A stretch of 64,000 nucleotides of DNA from Phoronis australis. Lineage: Eukaryota > Animalia > Phoronida. The position numbers were made by a program, and so were the translations under genes. The first letter of the stretch is position 1. Every line of letters starts with the position of its first letter. The stretch is taken from positions 620,001 through 684,000 of the forward strand of contig NMRA01000148.1 of NCBI GenBank assembly GCA_002633005.1, in the 5' to 3' direction. The notes beneath the pieces are model-generated. The model saw only the letters and a list, made by a program, of their open reading frames with translations. It made no database searches and was not told where the DNA came from. This document shows, in pieces, positions 1 to 14,100 of this stretch.

Positions 1-490
1 TTACACCACAGCCACAGCAAAGTGGTCATCAGGCTGCAATCCCTCATGTGTCCAAGACCAACAAGTTTATCGTTAGATGGTGCGAGGTGTGATTGAGCAT
101 GATCGTATCTGGTCATAAACAGCCCTAATTCACAAATGTTAAGTTTTGAGAAAATAACCTCCACAATGATTTTCAGTAAGAAATTTATCCCAGTTGGGTC
201 TTCCAATTTTTAAATATCAGTGAACTAACTGTTAACTAAAATCACAATTTCAATAGCACCCAAGACTTTGACTACCAGATTTTTTCTGCTTAGTTTAGGG
301 ATCTCCAAATATAAAAGATTCAATAGACAGTGCAAATCTGGGTTTCAGAAAGTTGCAGGAAAGCATGTTGTATCAGTTGACTATCTTGTGTTCTGCTTTT
401 CCAATCAAGGTGCCTGGTTGTTCAATGTCAACTTGGCAATTATGCATGATGTCGCAGTGCCAATAACACATATCTTGGCTTGCACATAAG

Positions 491-646
491 CTGATGCAGG
501 GGAAGGTTAAGGAGGACCAGACCCCCTTTTTCCCTTGATTTTCATGATGTCAAATGTAGAATTTTCAAATTGCTGACTTGGATCCCCTAGTTTTCAAAAA
601 ATCCTTGATCTGACGCCTCCTTTTAAAAATCCTGGATCCGCCCCTG
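491..646. mobile_element. Short MITE-like element ending in CCTGGATCCGCCCCTG
   Basis: The 3' end cctggatccgcccctg with internal ggatccc/ttgatctg subrepeats resembles common invertebrate non-autonomous DNA transposons; the left end is degraded. Confidence 0.4.
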
Positions 647-1212
647 TTGTGCAACGTATTTGTAGCATTTCAGGGACTTGCTGTTACAATTATTGGACTT
701 GAGTGTTTCATTTTATTTCCTCTAGAAGATGAGATATGACCACTCTCAAAATATAGCCATTTTTGACAGAAAAAAAGAAAACACTTTTTGCTCCATGTTT
801 GTCTTGGCTTTTAGAGAATAAACGCAACATATCACAAATTCAGCCAAGAGATACTGAGCCAGTAAACAGTGTCACATTAAAGTCTATCAATTTCTCACAT
901 GTCAAAAAAATTAGCAAGTAAATTTTAGAGCTTTGGTGACAATAACAAACAAGTTTTTTTTCAGCTGCATTACATAATGATGTATTCCAGGTCACGTTCG
1001 ATGCAAGAAATGATATTACATTTATAAGTCTTCTATCAAGACATTTACTCCAGAAATTCACATTTCTACTTTAAAAACCTGTACATCTTGATTGATAGTC
1101 AAATTGTTGCCACAAAATTAATTACAGCATTCCCATACTTTTCTTACAATACGACATAACATAACCATCAATGGCTGAAGCACCATTAGACCAACAAGAA
1201 GAAAAACACCAT

Positions 1213-1611
1213 GGGTCTGTTTCACAAAAGTGACTCACGACTTCAGACATCTGGTCTTAATCGCCCAATTCATAATTGATGAAATAATATTTAGAAAAGT
1301 AATTAGGTGCAGTGCATCACAACCTAGAAGTAACTTATAGAAATCGTCTCAAAAACTAGCAGTTATTTGTTATGCAGTATATCCGGAGACTGCACTATTA
1401 CTCAAGTGAGACTGCACTATTACTCAAGTGAGACTGCACTATTACTCAAGTGAGACTGCACTATTACTCAAGTGAGACTGCACTATTACTCAAGTGAGAT
1501 TTAATTACTTTTCAGAAATGGTGTGTGGAGAGTAAGACCAAATTTCTGACTTAAGTCAGAGACCGCTAACATCTTTGCTTATGTCTTGAGACAATTCTCA
1601 TGAAACAAACC
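1213..1611. mobile_element. MITE with imperfect TIRs carrying an internal minisatellite
   Basis: Left gggtctgtttcacaaaa versus right ttctcatgaaacaaacc (inverted); encloses the 22-bp array. Confidence 0.45.
1386..1499. repeat. Perfect 22-bp tandem repeat, 5 copies (gagactgcactattactcaagt)
   Basis: Directly visible identical units with no spacers. Confidence 0.95.
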
Positions 1612-2740
1612 TCACGAAGCTTCTTTAAACAAACTTATCCAAGACTTGAAATTCACTCGTTGGCACCAATGAAGAGTCATTCACCTTCACGTGGGCATTT
1701 ATGGGATAAAGGCCCCTCTCATGTGACCAACTGAATGTGCGCTTGCATTCACACAAGTGAACTGTGGATTCCGAATACCGCCACCTTATAAATTTCCATC
1801 TTATTGCACAAAGTCCAAATATGACAAACTCAACGGAATAAAATGAGTGAATAATGTTTACCATTTCACAAAATGTAATCTTAGACTCCATTTTAATCAC
1901 AACCTTAAAATTGCATCATAAAATTACAAATGTGATGATAGGACTCAATGAAAATTATTTCATCTAGGTGACAAAAGAGGGCATGGTTCTCAAAAGACCA
2001 CTGTCCTCTATTAACTACATAGGTCACAAACTAGTGAAACGACAACTGATACAAATTATCAAGTTGACCCGTCTACACGGCAATTCTTCATTTTCAGCAC
2101 ACAATTTGGCCAACAGGTTACATTCAGTTTTGTCAAATTTCTCCACCGAGAAAATAAACCTATTACTAGGCAAAAGCATAGTTTGTACTCTGTCCCAAAA
2201 CACAGAATTTGGTGAAATTTCCATTATATTTATCAAAGTAATCAGCTTTTGAAAATTGGCAATATTGGCAATTATTTCTGTGCGAAACGGGTGGAGAATT
2301 GTCGTAATTCTATTGCACACACCTCAAAAGTAATCGAACAAAATAGTGTTCCCCGCAATCATAAATAAATCAGCTTGCAGCAAAATTGTTGCAACAGCTC
2401 ATTACTGTAGCAAATGTTATTTATAGAATAGTGTTTCCGTCACCTTTATTTTCCAGTAAAGTCCTCATCATCCCCGGCCACGACAAACAAAAACTATGTG
2501 ACTGCATTTCACTTAACCCCTCGCTGTCATGATGAAGTATTCCAGACCACTTTGTCCGATTTCCTTTGGCATAAATCGACTAAGTTGAAACACCACAATG
2601 TTACAATAATGGAAAGTTGTACAAGGTTTCAATGGAGTGATTAAAGGTCTGTGTTACGTGCCTCGTTGAAAAAATCTTCATTATAATGTTACACAGAACG
2701 GAATGTCAAGCATCCACTAGTTACAAAGGGTCCCGTCTCA

Positions 2741-2860
2741 AAACTAAGGCTATTCCAATGCAGAGCATAAAATCATCCATAAACTAAGGCTATTCCAATG
2801 CAGAGCATAAAATCATCCATAAACTAAGGCTATTCCAATGCAGAGCATAAAATCATCCAT
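2741..2860. repeat. Perfect 40-bp tandem repeat, 3 copies
   Basis: aaactaaggctattccaatgcagagcataaaatcatccat repeated three times. Confidence 0.95.
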
Positions 2861-3384
2861 TTGTCCAGAGCTAACAGATTAACATGATGCTACTTATTGT
2901 AGAACACATTTTTGTCACCGACAGAAAGATAAGAGAAAATTTGTTAAGTTTCATAAAAAACACTATTTGACATGCAATAAAAGCAAACTAACACTGTCCT
3001 GTCTGTCCTGCCTCTTCTCCGCATGGCTGGTGGGTGACCTCTCATGACCCTTTGTACCTTTTCCTTTTGACCTCAAGCACATTAATTGTAATGAAGTTGT
3101 CTTCAATTTTTGGTGACGAAACGACAGACCATTCAGTAAAAAATTTCCACTCAAACTGCTTTCAAAGGAGTCCAACTGCATTTGATAGGTACACATAGTA
3201 ACAGGACTATGACAGTTTAGCCAGGGTTAAGCATAATAAGTACAAAATCTTCCAGAGTGCAGAATGGATTTGGGTGTGCCACCGCCCAACTAATGATCAG
3301 CAGTCATAAATGGAATGGTTTTTCAATGTGCTTTCACACAGGTCAAAGATGCAACATATCTAGCTCCACTAAAAACATGTAGCA

Positions 3385-3525
3385 GCACTTGTTAGACTTC
3401 GCCCTTTCTGCTGGGTCAACCGGCTAAGGCATCTGATTGGCATGTAAGCAAGAAGTTGTCATCGATAACCAATCAGATGTCTCGTCTGGTTGACCTAGAG
3501 CAACTGGTGAAGACAATCAAGTGCA
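3385..3525. mobile_element. Palindromic (hairpin) MITE-like element
   Basis: Arms ctgggtcaaccggctaaggcatctgattgg and ccaatcagatgtctcgtctggttgacctag, extending to gcacttg...caagtgc. Confidence 0.6.
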
Positions 3526-3772
3526 GCCCTTGAGTATTCTGAATTTTACTAGATTACAAAAAATTCATTGATTGGTACTGCAGCTAATTCAACAACACTA
3601 AATTTGTTCTAGTTTAAATATCAGATGTGTAATTTTGATTCTACCAACTGCTGTACACGTGTACCAGGGCTGCATTTCATAAAGCTTAGTATCTTGTGAG
3701 TTTGGTGGGATTACACAAGTCACAGGCACATGGATCTCTCAATTACTCCTTACACAGTGATAGTGCCAGTGG

Positions 3773-4562
3773 CAGGGCTGCCAACCCATTAAGGACATAA
3801 TCTGTAACCTTCATGTTAAAAATCTGTATTTTGCAAGTAAAAACCTGTATGATTTCCAACATTTCCAGTAAGTTTCAATTTCACTGAAAACATGGATTGA
3901 TACACACCATAACAACAATTTTCGATTTAAAATCGTGTTTAACTAAAAAAGCAACATTACATAATAACTCAGCTCGTCACATCAATGTTTTTCAGCTTTT
4001 GGTGTCAACTACCACGGCCCCACAATCTCATAATTCCTGATCCATAACAGTATTGTAGGCGTCATGGTTCTCGGTGTTGAAGACAGTTAATTTGATTCTC
4101 GTTTTCTAAATGTAATTTAATTCATCGGTATACTCGTCTCTGAAATTTGCTCCAGAAATCTTAACACGATTTCCAAAGCATATGATATCCTGTAATGCAA
4201 AACCAAGTAAGCGCATTTTTCATTGGTCAGTTCTTCACCAAAAACCAGCAAATGACCAATCACAAAAGGGTAATTTTGTATGCAAATTGTTTTCAACACT
4301 AGTACTCAGGATACCTCTTACTGGTCGGATCTTGTGATCTCATTCATCAATTTCCGTCACTTTCTGGTACTTCCTGCCTTGATCTTCGCTGATCTCGTAC
4401 TTTGAAATGACGACAATTTTCAAAACACATTTTTAGCTTTCATCTGATTTTTTGAAGAGGAATAAATACTCAAAATCCGTAAACATTTAAAAATCTGTAC
4501 ATAGTGATTTTTAGGCCCTACTGCCCAGAATACGGATAAATCCGTAACAGTTGGCAGCCCTG
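3773..4562. mobile_element. Non-autonomous DNA transposon (about 790 bp) with perfect 13-bp TIRs
   Basis: CAGGGCTGCCAAC ... GTTGGCAGCCCTG; flanks cagtgg/cagtag (possible TSD with one mismatch); subterminal aaatc(t/c)gta repeats. Confidence 0.8.
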
Positions 4563-4932
4563 CAGTAGTAGAAACGAGGAACAGATAGATTCAAGGACCT
4601 GTGACACAAGTGAAAAATCTGATAACTGATATTTGTTGCAAAGCTTGCCACTTTGTTAGCTTATGCTAGCAATATGGCGGCTACTGAAAGTGACTGGACA
4701 GCAATGCTGCACAGCTGACATATGGGAGGAAAAGGTACCTGACCTCATTATTTCCATAGCATAAGCCAAGATTTTACACTGCAAGTGTCCCACGAGCGAT
4801 TAGAGTTACTGCACCCCTGATTTCATGGGTATGCATGCTCTATTTATCATATTCTTCAAAATGAACAACATAAATTTAAGACAAAGACAATAAATAAATA
4901 AGTACAAAATGACCACTAAAAGGAAACTTCAG

Positions 4933-5121
4933 TCACTTTTTTGATTTAATGGCTATTAAAATAATTAATAACAATATAATTATTATGGCTAGGATTACTA
5001 TGACCAACATTTTCCTATTTTTCTTTTGGTACGTTTCAGCCTTTTGTAACTGTTGAAGTCCCTTGTCAACTTGAACTGATGTCTGTTCGATGTTATAGTC
5101 TATCCTGTCCAGCAAAGTACC
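4933..5121 (-). CDS. STX16: STX16 last coding exon (SNARE C-terminal half plus TM anchor)
   Basis: ttccag acceptor; [12 protein letters not shown]...[30 protein letters not shown], then TGA. Confidence 0.96.
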   Translation of the reverse strand, partial: GTLLDRIDYNIEQTSVQVDKGLQQLQKAETYQKKNRKMLVIVILAIIIILLLIILIAIKSKK

Positions 5122-8100
5122 CTGGAAACATGACAATCACATACATCATATTAGAATGAACAGTTGATGAACATGTTTAAACCAGATAAAATCCTTAATT
5201 TACTAGCTTAAAATGAATGCAGTATGCTACAGTTATCTTGTAAAGCATTATATAGATCTAAAGCTGTAAGGATGCGAACAGTTGAACTGCAAAACTTCCC
5301 GGACTTTTTTAAAATGTTCACTATTGTTCACTGTAACAGAATCAAGTTCTACACTTGGCCTGGGGCTTGTGCAACAGAATATTAAAACTGAGCAAACATT
5401 ACATACCAGGCATGATGCAACGTTGTATAATTCAACCAGCATTTTAAAAACAGTTTCCAATGTATTTTGGTGATAATACCAAATACAACTATTGATGTCA
5501 AAACATTGCGTTTCTGGATGTTTAATGTTTTGCTGTGAATCATTGTGGCATGTCGAGACAAACCGCGTGACACATGACTCGAATGCTATACTATTGTTGA
5601 ACGGCTGGCTGAGCATTTGGTTCTGGTTTACAAGTCCAGTTGACAGATGTCTTTTTTTTTACATACTTTCTATACTGAAGTTTCCTGAGCTATTATTTGT
5701 TACATTTAGTGCATTTCATGAATTCTTATAACTAAGTTGACTTTCAGAGTGTTATATATATTTTTTCAATAAACCATGGTTGTAACAAGAACGGAATAAA
5801 CATGGATTACAACTGATGAGTGTTCCTGTGGTGTAATGACCGCTACAACAACTAATTAAGACCTAATAAAAAGTCTTGGTGTCCTCCCAAAGTAGTGAAC
5901 CCCGTTGAGAGCTGACTATATATACCTGGTCCACTATCATCCCAGCTAGGTCTTTGAATATTTCGTTGAGATCTTGTATTGACCGGACTATTTGTGATAT
6001 TTCCTTCTCACGTTGTTCAATCATGGCGGTGTTGTCTTCAACCATTTGGAGCTGGTCACCCGAGAAGCCCTGCAGAAATGCAATACATCATAACAAACAG
6101 AAAACCAAATAAAGGACACATAAATCTTTAACACTGTGACAGCATCAAACTGACAAACATACCATGGTGGACAAGCAGAGTTGACAAGGAGTCAACAGGT
6201 TTTTTCATCCCCAAACATTTGTAACAAAGTTTTTGTGTGAGCCATTTGAGGACTCCTCAGTGCATCTGTGGTAACTTGATCGTGTCATGTTTAATAAAAA
6301 TATCTAAAATCATACTGTAAAATCCAACTTTTTTAAATCTTCATCCAAGTCACACATGAAATGTAGAATTTCATCTAGCAACATAGCTGGTCTGCTACAT
6401 CAGAAAATGGCTATTTCAGCCCCATAATAAACAACACACCTTATCATACAGAGTAAGCTCATCACTCCCTTCATCACCTGGGGCAAAGCCTCCAGAGAGA
6501 TTGGAATCGAAGAACTGTCTGGATCGTTCCTCTCTACTTTTTAATTCTGTGGAATAAAAAAAGCTCCTTGGTTATGCCTGTGAGCAGCGTGCATCAGACT
6601 AAAGACTTACAGAAATCTGACCATTCAGAAGGCAGACCGAACATATGATTTGTCACCTCAAAAATTCTCATTTACACGCCCGTGAGAACGCCTGATCTGC
6701 CTTCTAATAGTCCCCACCAAATCAAATGGTAGATCTGCCTTCCTAATGTGAGAAGCCTGCATTCCAATGACGTGATTTGTGGTTAGGCTCTGTTCTCCCA
6801 TGGTGATCGCATGTGATTGGCCAGAATACTATTTTGCATATCAATGTTATGCTAATTACCTGTAAGATAGCCGATAAAATGCCTCAGTTATTGAACATTC
6901 ATTTTAAGCGAGTGAACTGTCTTCTCATCAGATGTCCTACCTCACTTCTTACAAATTGTCCATTTGAAAGCAAAATCACAGTATGTTGTGGATCAAAATT
7001 TAACAAAATCTTACTGATCACATAATTTATGACCTTGAGCAATGAAGATTCAGAGGAGCATTCCATAAATTAAATGATTGTCGTCGACAACATTCTAACC
7101 CGCACTGCCATTGTGAGAGTCGTCCACTCTTGTAACACGAGACACGATCTTTCTGACAAACATGAAATTTGTAACTTCTGTCCAAACAATGAGCAGGACA
7201 GGCAGTGAAACGCATTCACTTACTTTTCAGGTATGAGGACTGAGACTTTTTAAAATTAATGGACAGGTCTTGAACTCCCCTGGCCAATGAAGTCACTATG
7301 TTTATGGTCAGCTTCTCTTCTTGACCACTTGCACTTCGACTTTTGGCACTGATTTGGTGGACTAAGCTTTGACAATGGTGAAACATCTGAAAGAAAGAAT
7401 TTTACATGCATCACATACGTTCCTCTTCCTCTTCTCATTACTCTTGTTTGTTTAGTTACAATTTCAAGTATACTATTGTTGTTTTTTTCTATTCTTTATT
7501 CTAATGTCTAATAAACATTTAAATCTTGAACCAGAAATCTTTTCAGACTTATGTTCATTAGGTCACCTGATGTGGCCAACAGGTGGCGTGCAGACCAGAC
7601 TTAAAAATGTTTGTGATTTAATGTGTAATATTAGAATGTCATGTAGCAGAATTCCTTTGTATTATATGCAAATTCAGACATAATGATCTGCCTTCTGGGC
7701 TACTTATAATATTTTATATGAGTTTGTCATTTCAAATAAATATTTTTGATTTAAAACACGCAGACTAAACGTGCAGCTGTTTAGTTGCTTAGTAATCCTC
7801 TTAAAAGCTCAGCTCATGTCAACGACCGCAATAGACAGCATAACTGGTGACGAACAACTGGTGCCTTCAGTGAAAGATGTTGCGCTATAAAGTTGATTGA
7901 CTTAAATTACAAATTGTGAATGATGTCACGTATTTGTTTTCTAGGTGGTGAAGCCGGCTACTGCATTCTTTTTTAATAATGTTTGCAATTTAGCACCAAT
8001 AGGGAAGCAAGTAAATTTAACAGTCCTAAGTGAGTGTATTTAAGTGAACACATAACATGTAATGCTCTACTTTAACTCAAAACGCTGCTGCCACGTGACC

Positions 8101-11100
8101 ATAATTTGGGGTCATCCAGTACAATCATGGCTCCAACATACTACACACAAACTTGCGGTACCTTTTGCCAACGTACTGGCTGAATACCAGTTACAATGCC
8201 AAATTTCAAATAAATAAAAAATTCAAAAACTGCTTATGATGCAAGCTCTTGAACAAGCTCGTGAAGCCAAAGTTAATAGAAAGTATTTTTTGTTATGATC
8301 GGCAATTCACCACTATTTTCTTACTTGATATTAATATGTACGGGTGACGTTCTAAGTATACACTACCTTTGTAATTTCTTGGGTTTGAATTTCTATTTCA
8401 TGTTCTTCGTCAGCACTATCATCTAATGTTGGCCTGTTGAGATGTTTATCGTGTAACTGCTGCAGATCTTTCACTGAAACCAATGCGAGTTGGAATTGTA
8501 AAGGCACTTAAATTAATCCCACTATACAATGGTCAGTCAATACAAACATAATCATCGTACAAATTAGCACAAGCCAAGGGGTAAAATACCACGTAGCTGT
8601 GCAACGTCGAAAGAAAATGTCAAGTATGATTTTACTAATTTCAGTATTTTTTTGCATCAAATATTTCATCCTCAAAACATTCATTGCGACATTCTCAGTT
8701 ATATCCTTTTCAAGGTGTGGAGCAGTATTTGCCTACAGAGATCTCTGGGTTATACATACACACATTCCTATGGAAATAAATACATACAAACAAGGCAATG
8801 TTTATTTTATTTTCTTGTACTTAACAAATTTTGTAAAAGTTAAACATACTGCCCCTTATTTGTGTACTTATCTCCCATGTATGTTATCTCCCAGATATAA
8901 TGCTTTCTAGCACTTTCTGGGCTTAACTTCAATTACTGTATATTTTCACATAATAAACATTTTAACAACAGCAACGCAGAGCGTTGAAATGCGCCCACAA
9001 TTGCACCGCATACGGTATCCTTCTAGGGTTGTTTATTGGTACCATAAAGTGGCCAGTAGAGGGCATATATGTAGTATGTTGTACTTTGCAAAATGGAAAG
9101 GCATGGCCATTGTCTCCTCAATAGGCGAGGGGCAAAATGTGAGTGATCTTCATAATACAAGCACATCCTATACATCAGTTGCTTAAAGCACCACAGAAAC
9201 ATAGAATTAAAAACAAATTTACCAACATACGAGATTAGCACAGCATTAGAATGCCAGAAACAAATTTCTACTTGGAACTTTTCCTTCATAGTCACGAAGT
9301 AACACAAAGTATACACCTGAAGACCTATGAAAATGCAGAGGTCGATGTAAAATACTAAAATTGCCACTAAAGGCATACCGGTAGTCAGAATCATCCTAAA
9401 AGTCGTCATCGTCCGTTGTCAACATCACATAAATACACTTGCTAAATTTAGTAAAGATGCTGCAAACGGTTTGGGAGATACAGCAATGGGCGCAAAAAAA
9501 ACTGCCACTACGAGGCGCCACAGTAATCAAAGTCATAATGCATACCTAGAAACTGGTGATTAGCATCAATGACCAAGTTCATACAAACCCCAATAACTTT
9601 TCGTGATAGTATGAAATGTTTGGAATCCCTTAAAGCAGCCACAAACTTGCCTTCTGGCAAAAACTTTAACTTCATCTTTGTTACTCTGTTTAGAAGTGAT
9701 TTCTGGTTTTGGGAAGAACAGACAGTTTGCTATTGTGGTCATGCTTGCCCCATATAATGACCCATCCTTATTGATCCTGCGTTTAAACAATTAACTGTCA
9801 AGGTCAGACATCACTTCTAACATGAGTAAGGAACAATTTGAGACCAACTTCAAGGGGATGAGTGGTTTAAATAACAAGTTTCGAGAGAGGGTTGATTCAA
9901 AGCAGCTTTCAAATACAGTACCAGACAAAAGTAATCATATACCGTAATTGCCATAATAACCGCCCATGCCCCTATAAGCGCCCCCCATGCGTTTTCAGAC
10001 TTTGCTGAAATAAGCGCCCAGTCCATGAACGTGTACATGCGAACAATGACATACCTACAGTCCTAAAACTCGGTTACAGTAACGTCTTCAATTTATCAAA
10101 AATTTTTTGCACGGGTCTTCTAGACCACTATGTTTGTATTTAGCCGTGACTATACACTTCAAAGTAACAGCGTTGCTACTCTCGCGACGACAGTGTCCCA
10201 TTATGGTCTGACCTTTCAGTACAGACACATTGACTGTCTCATGAATAAAAATAACTCGGTGTTAAACGCACGTGGCCAGGAAGCGCGCGCTACATATAAG
10301 AACCTGTCATCAAAGACATTATTCGGAAACTATCCATTCATGAAACGGGTAGAATAGCATCGGTAAGAAATGAATATTGGCATCAATTTCCGACAATTTC
10401 TAATACTATTTTTGAGATGGATTGTTTGATTAACCATAATTGGTGTTTTTAAGCCGAATATCCGATAAAATGAAAACTGACAGTGAATGCTTACACACCC
10501 TTACACCGAAAAATTACTGTCACATAGTTACGTACGCATCCAGCTACACGGCAACTAATATGGGCCTTACCGAGACGAATGTCGAACGTTTTTAGCACAT
10601 GAGACCGGCAAGTGCTGAATGAAACACGCTACTGCTTGTGCAAATTTCTTTAGACACAATGCACATCTAGTTAGTTAGATTGCGTGGCTCTGGCCAAAAG
10701 ACGGTCTCTGCTTTGGCAAATGAACTCTGGTGACACGCACGCTCTCGCTTACTCACAAATGCAGACGAACTTCAAAACAAACGTCGACGTGACAACAATA
10801 TGTGTGTTCATCCAGACACTTTTCTCCCCGTGTTGCTGATCATACATGTAGATGGCACGATGTTGCACAGATTTGTACTTAAACCTGCCGTTAATCCAGA
10901 CTCCACCAGAACTTAGGGACGCTACTTAGAAAACTTAATGAAGGTTTCAGGTAATTTTCTTGAGTCGAAACTATTTTATTCAAGCATTGAAGTCGCCATA
11001 TCGAAGACGACGATTTTGAGGCAGTCAGTCAGCGAGTTTTCGCCATGGGATTTCAGCACAATTTTCTGTAAAATGATCGTAATTTAGCAGCAAAGTTTGA

Positions 11101-14100
11101 TAGCAATGCACCACAGTTTTGTTGAAAGTCTTCCATAGATTACAGATACGTCACAGAGCGTAAATTTGATGAATCTTAGCTTCCGATTTCACCCGTTTCG
11201 GAGACTGGGTTTCAACCGCCTTGGGTTATAATAAGCGCCCCCCCGAACCGAACTTTTCTATATGCCCTGGGCGGTTATTACGGCGAATACGTTAACCATT
11301 TCCCCCGTCATGACATATACTGTATTAATAGTAGGTGTCTTACTTCGTGTTTTAATCCTCGATATTTCAAACTGTACTTCTTCCACACCATCAACCCTGA
11401 AAGAATCACAAAAGTTTCACATTAAATTCACACTGTTGAGGTTATCTAGGATCTCATCAACACGTATGTACATTTAGCCAGATGTCTAGACAACTCCACA
11501 AATTAGCTCTTTAGAGATGCGTTTTCAGTACGAAGATAGGTTATAGACTTTGATTTTTAGTTTATACCAAACTGTCTCTAATTGGGTCACATGACCATGT
11601 CTTTTTAGTAAAAATTAGCAAAAAAAGAAAGGTGAGTACCCAGCTGAACAATGGTATTGATAACATACCAAATTCCGTTTGATATTGTACAAGGTGGAAT
11701 CTCAAAAACATTGTAATAGTAACACTTTTCTGAAACAATCTTTTGTATTCATTTTATGCAACTTTTGAGTTTTTTTTATAAAAAAAATCACAAAAGTCTT
11801 ACCTTTTGATAGCCCCTCAAGCAAAAGCGGTATGTTTCTTACAAAAATTTTGAAGACCAGTTCATAACACATGAAATCAATCCAATTAGCCATTTCTGAG
11901 ATATGATGTTTCAAAGTTAGTCAAAATTGGAAATTTTCTTCCTACATACTACGAGCATTCAATAACATGGAAGCCAGAGAGGTGACTAGTTATCAAACAT
12001 ATGACACTTGCGAGTGTTTCTCATGTACTCGCAATCACACTTCACAAAATATGAGCAGGTATAGGAGCCTGGACAGTGGCCATTTCAAGCTGGGAATGAG
12101 AACTTCCAAGCAAAACTTGACATTGAGTGTATACATTCCATGCTGAAAACTAACGAAAAACTATGTTGGGACACCCATGCCCTGCTTTGTTGTGTTCGTC
12201 AGAAAACATACTTCAAGTTCTGAAAATATGATTTAACGCAACGAGGTTTCCACGACTGTACAATGCCAGGGGAGGAGATCACAAATGATATTTTTGCCAT
12301 GTGTTAAACAGTTTCAAACTTGTTATATCATGTTTTGAAGCTGCACTTTAGACCCCAAAAAATCCTCTTTAAGAAGTTTAGGAAGGCAGCTTGCATGGAT
12401 CAGAGATCTAGTCTATACATTTACAGTACAGATAAAAAATTCTTCTGAATCAGTAAAAAATTAAAATCGTCCCAAAGAAATTAACTAGCGCGTTACTGAC
12501 CCATTTGTTCTATAGTCTTACCATTCTGGGGGTAATCTGGATATTTTCATAGACACAGATCCTTGTTCAACATCCACTGCCGCTGAGATTAGAGCTTTCC
12601 TGTCATCAGCCTAAAATAATCATCCAACCTTTAATAAACAAGGAGAGTAAAATTTATAAAATAACATGTGAGTATATGGAGGAAATCTTTCAGTTACTGC
12701 CATGTTCTCGTGTCAAAAAACAACTTTCTTAACGGGCTCCTGGAAAGCAATGTCATTGAACTTTGAATTGAAATAGGTAACCACATACGTGAAATTGCTC
12801 GCACTGGTTTGGCGACTAAAACTAACAAGCAATGCATATGAGTCTGAACTGATATAATAATAAAGAAACTTTCACTGAAATAATGATTGTTACCTTTTGG
12901 CAACCTGATTATATTTGAAAGCCAACGTTTTGGGCCCATCTTGGGCTCTTCGTCGGGAATCTCCGGGTCACGTGGTCACCTGTGGCAGTGCCTGGTGGTC
13001 TTCAAACTCCACCTGATGGGTGTACCATGAGAGTACGGCATACCCTAAAGTAACTTCTGAGCCAGAAGCATTTTGGCAAATTATGCCTCACACTGACTAA
13101 ACTATCGAAGTCCCGTTTTAAAAGTACCTATTAGCAATTGGCCCATTTCTGGGAACTGACTGCTTCAGTATGTAAATTTTTAAATCACATCGCAGTCGAG
13201 CTCCATGATCTGGGGAGTAAGCTTTAACACTAACGCACTACACTGGTTATCCGCCAGTTCAACGGTGCTTGAAACTTGGCCACCACAGACATACCTGGAC
13301 AAAATGCTGTTGTTAGCGAACAAAGAAACACATTGGAAAGAAATCTTCATCACCGAAGTATTTGTTCAAGTTGGAAAGAATTAAAAACATCAATTATCAA
13401 TGGCCCTATCTGCTCAAAAGGTGCTAGCAAGTAAGTAATGTGTTCATTTTATATCGGTAAAGGAAAATACAAAACAAGAAAAACTTTAGGCACTGGTCGG
13501 ATATAGTGATCCCTGATTTTAAGAACCAGGTTCATCCACTGCATAACGAGCCCATTATTCAGTGACTGCCTGGTTTTCAAAATCAGAGACCACTATATCC
13601 GACCACTGCCAAACATTAGCACAAGTGCTAGTCACAGATAAAATATGATGAGTATATACATACAAAGATGCAGCAGATGAGATATGCACAATGAAACATA
13701 TAGAATGATAGCATTATCTTACTTCACTTATCAAAAGACATAATTATACATGAAGTGCAACTCTGACATGTACATTCTTGTTTCAAAAAACTTTACAGTC
13801 TACTGTTGAAAGTTACTACATCAGTACAACACCTAACAATTCGTCAACTGATTCCATAGCAAAACTCCCTGTTGTTTAGTCGAGTTTGTCCCATGAGCTG
13901 TTGTACTGGACCTTGTAACCGTCAATAGGTTTCCCCCGTGACGTTATAGGGCAGCTTCCAAATAGTGAAACATTGCAATGGACAAGGACAAGGTCAAGGA
14001 CCACCAAGGCAATGCAATATCCTTTATCTGTTTGAAAACTTCGAAAAGCAACTATTTTGCCGAAGTTTCCAGCGTATGGCAGCCCTATGGGATGACTACC

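Noticed and set aside
1386-1499. 22-bp (and, at 2741-2860, 40-bp) perfect direct repeats as a CRISPR array
   Set aside because: The units are contiguous with no unique spacers, there are no cas genes, and the context is eukaryotic; these are ordinary minisatellites.
13715-13765. Possible extra STX16 alternative exon in intron 1 (vertebrate STX16 has variable sequence here)
   Set aside because: The candidate ag...gtaag interval is 40 nt and contains an in-frame stop; exons 1 and 2 already join in frame.
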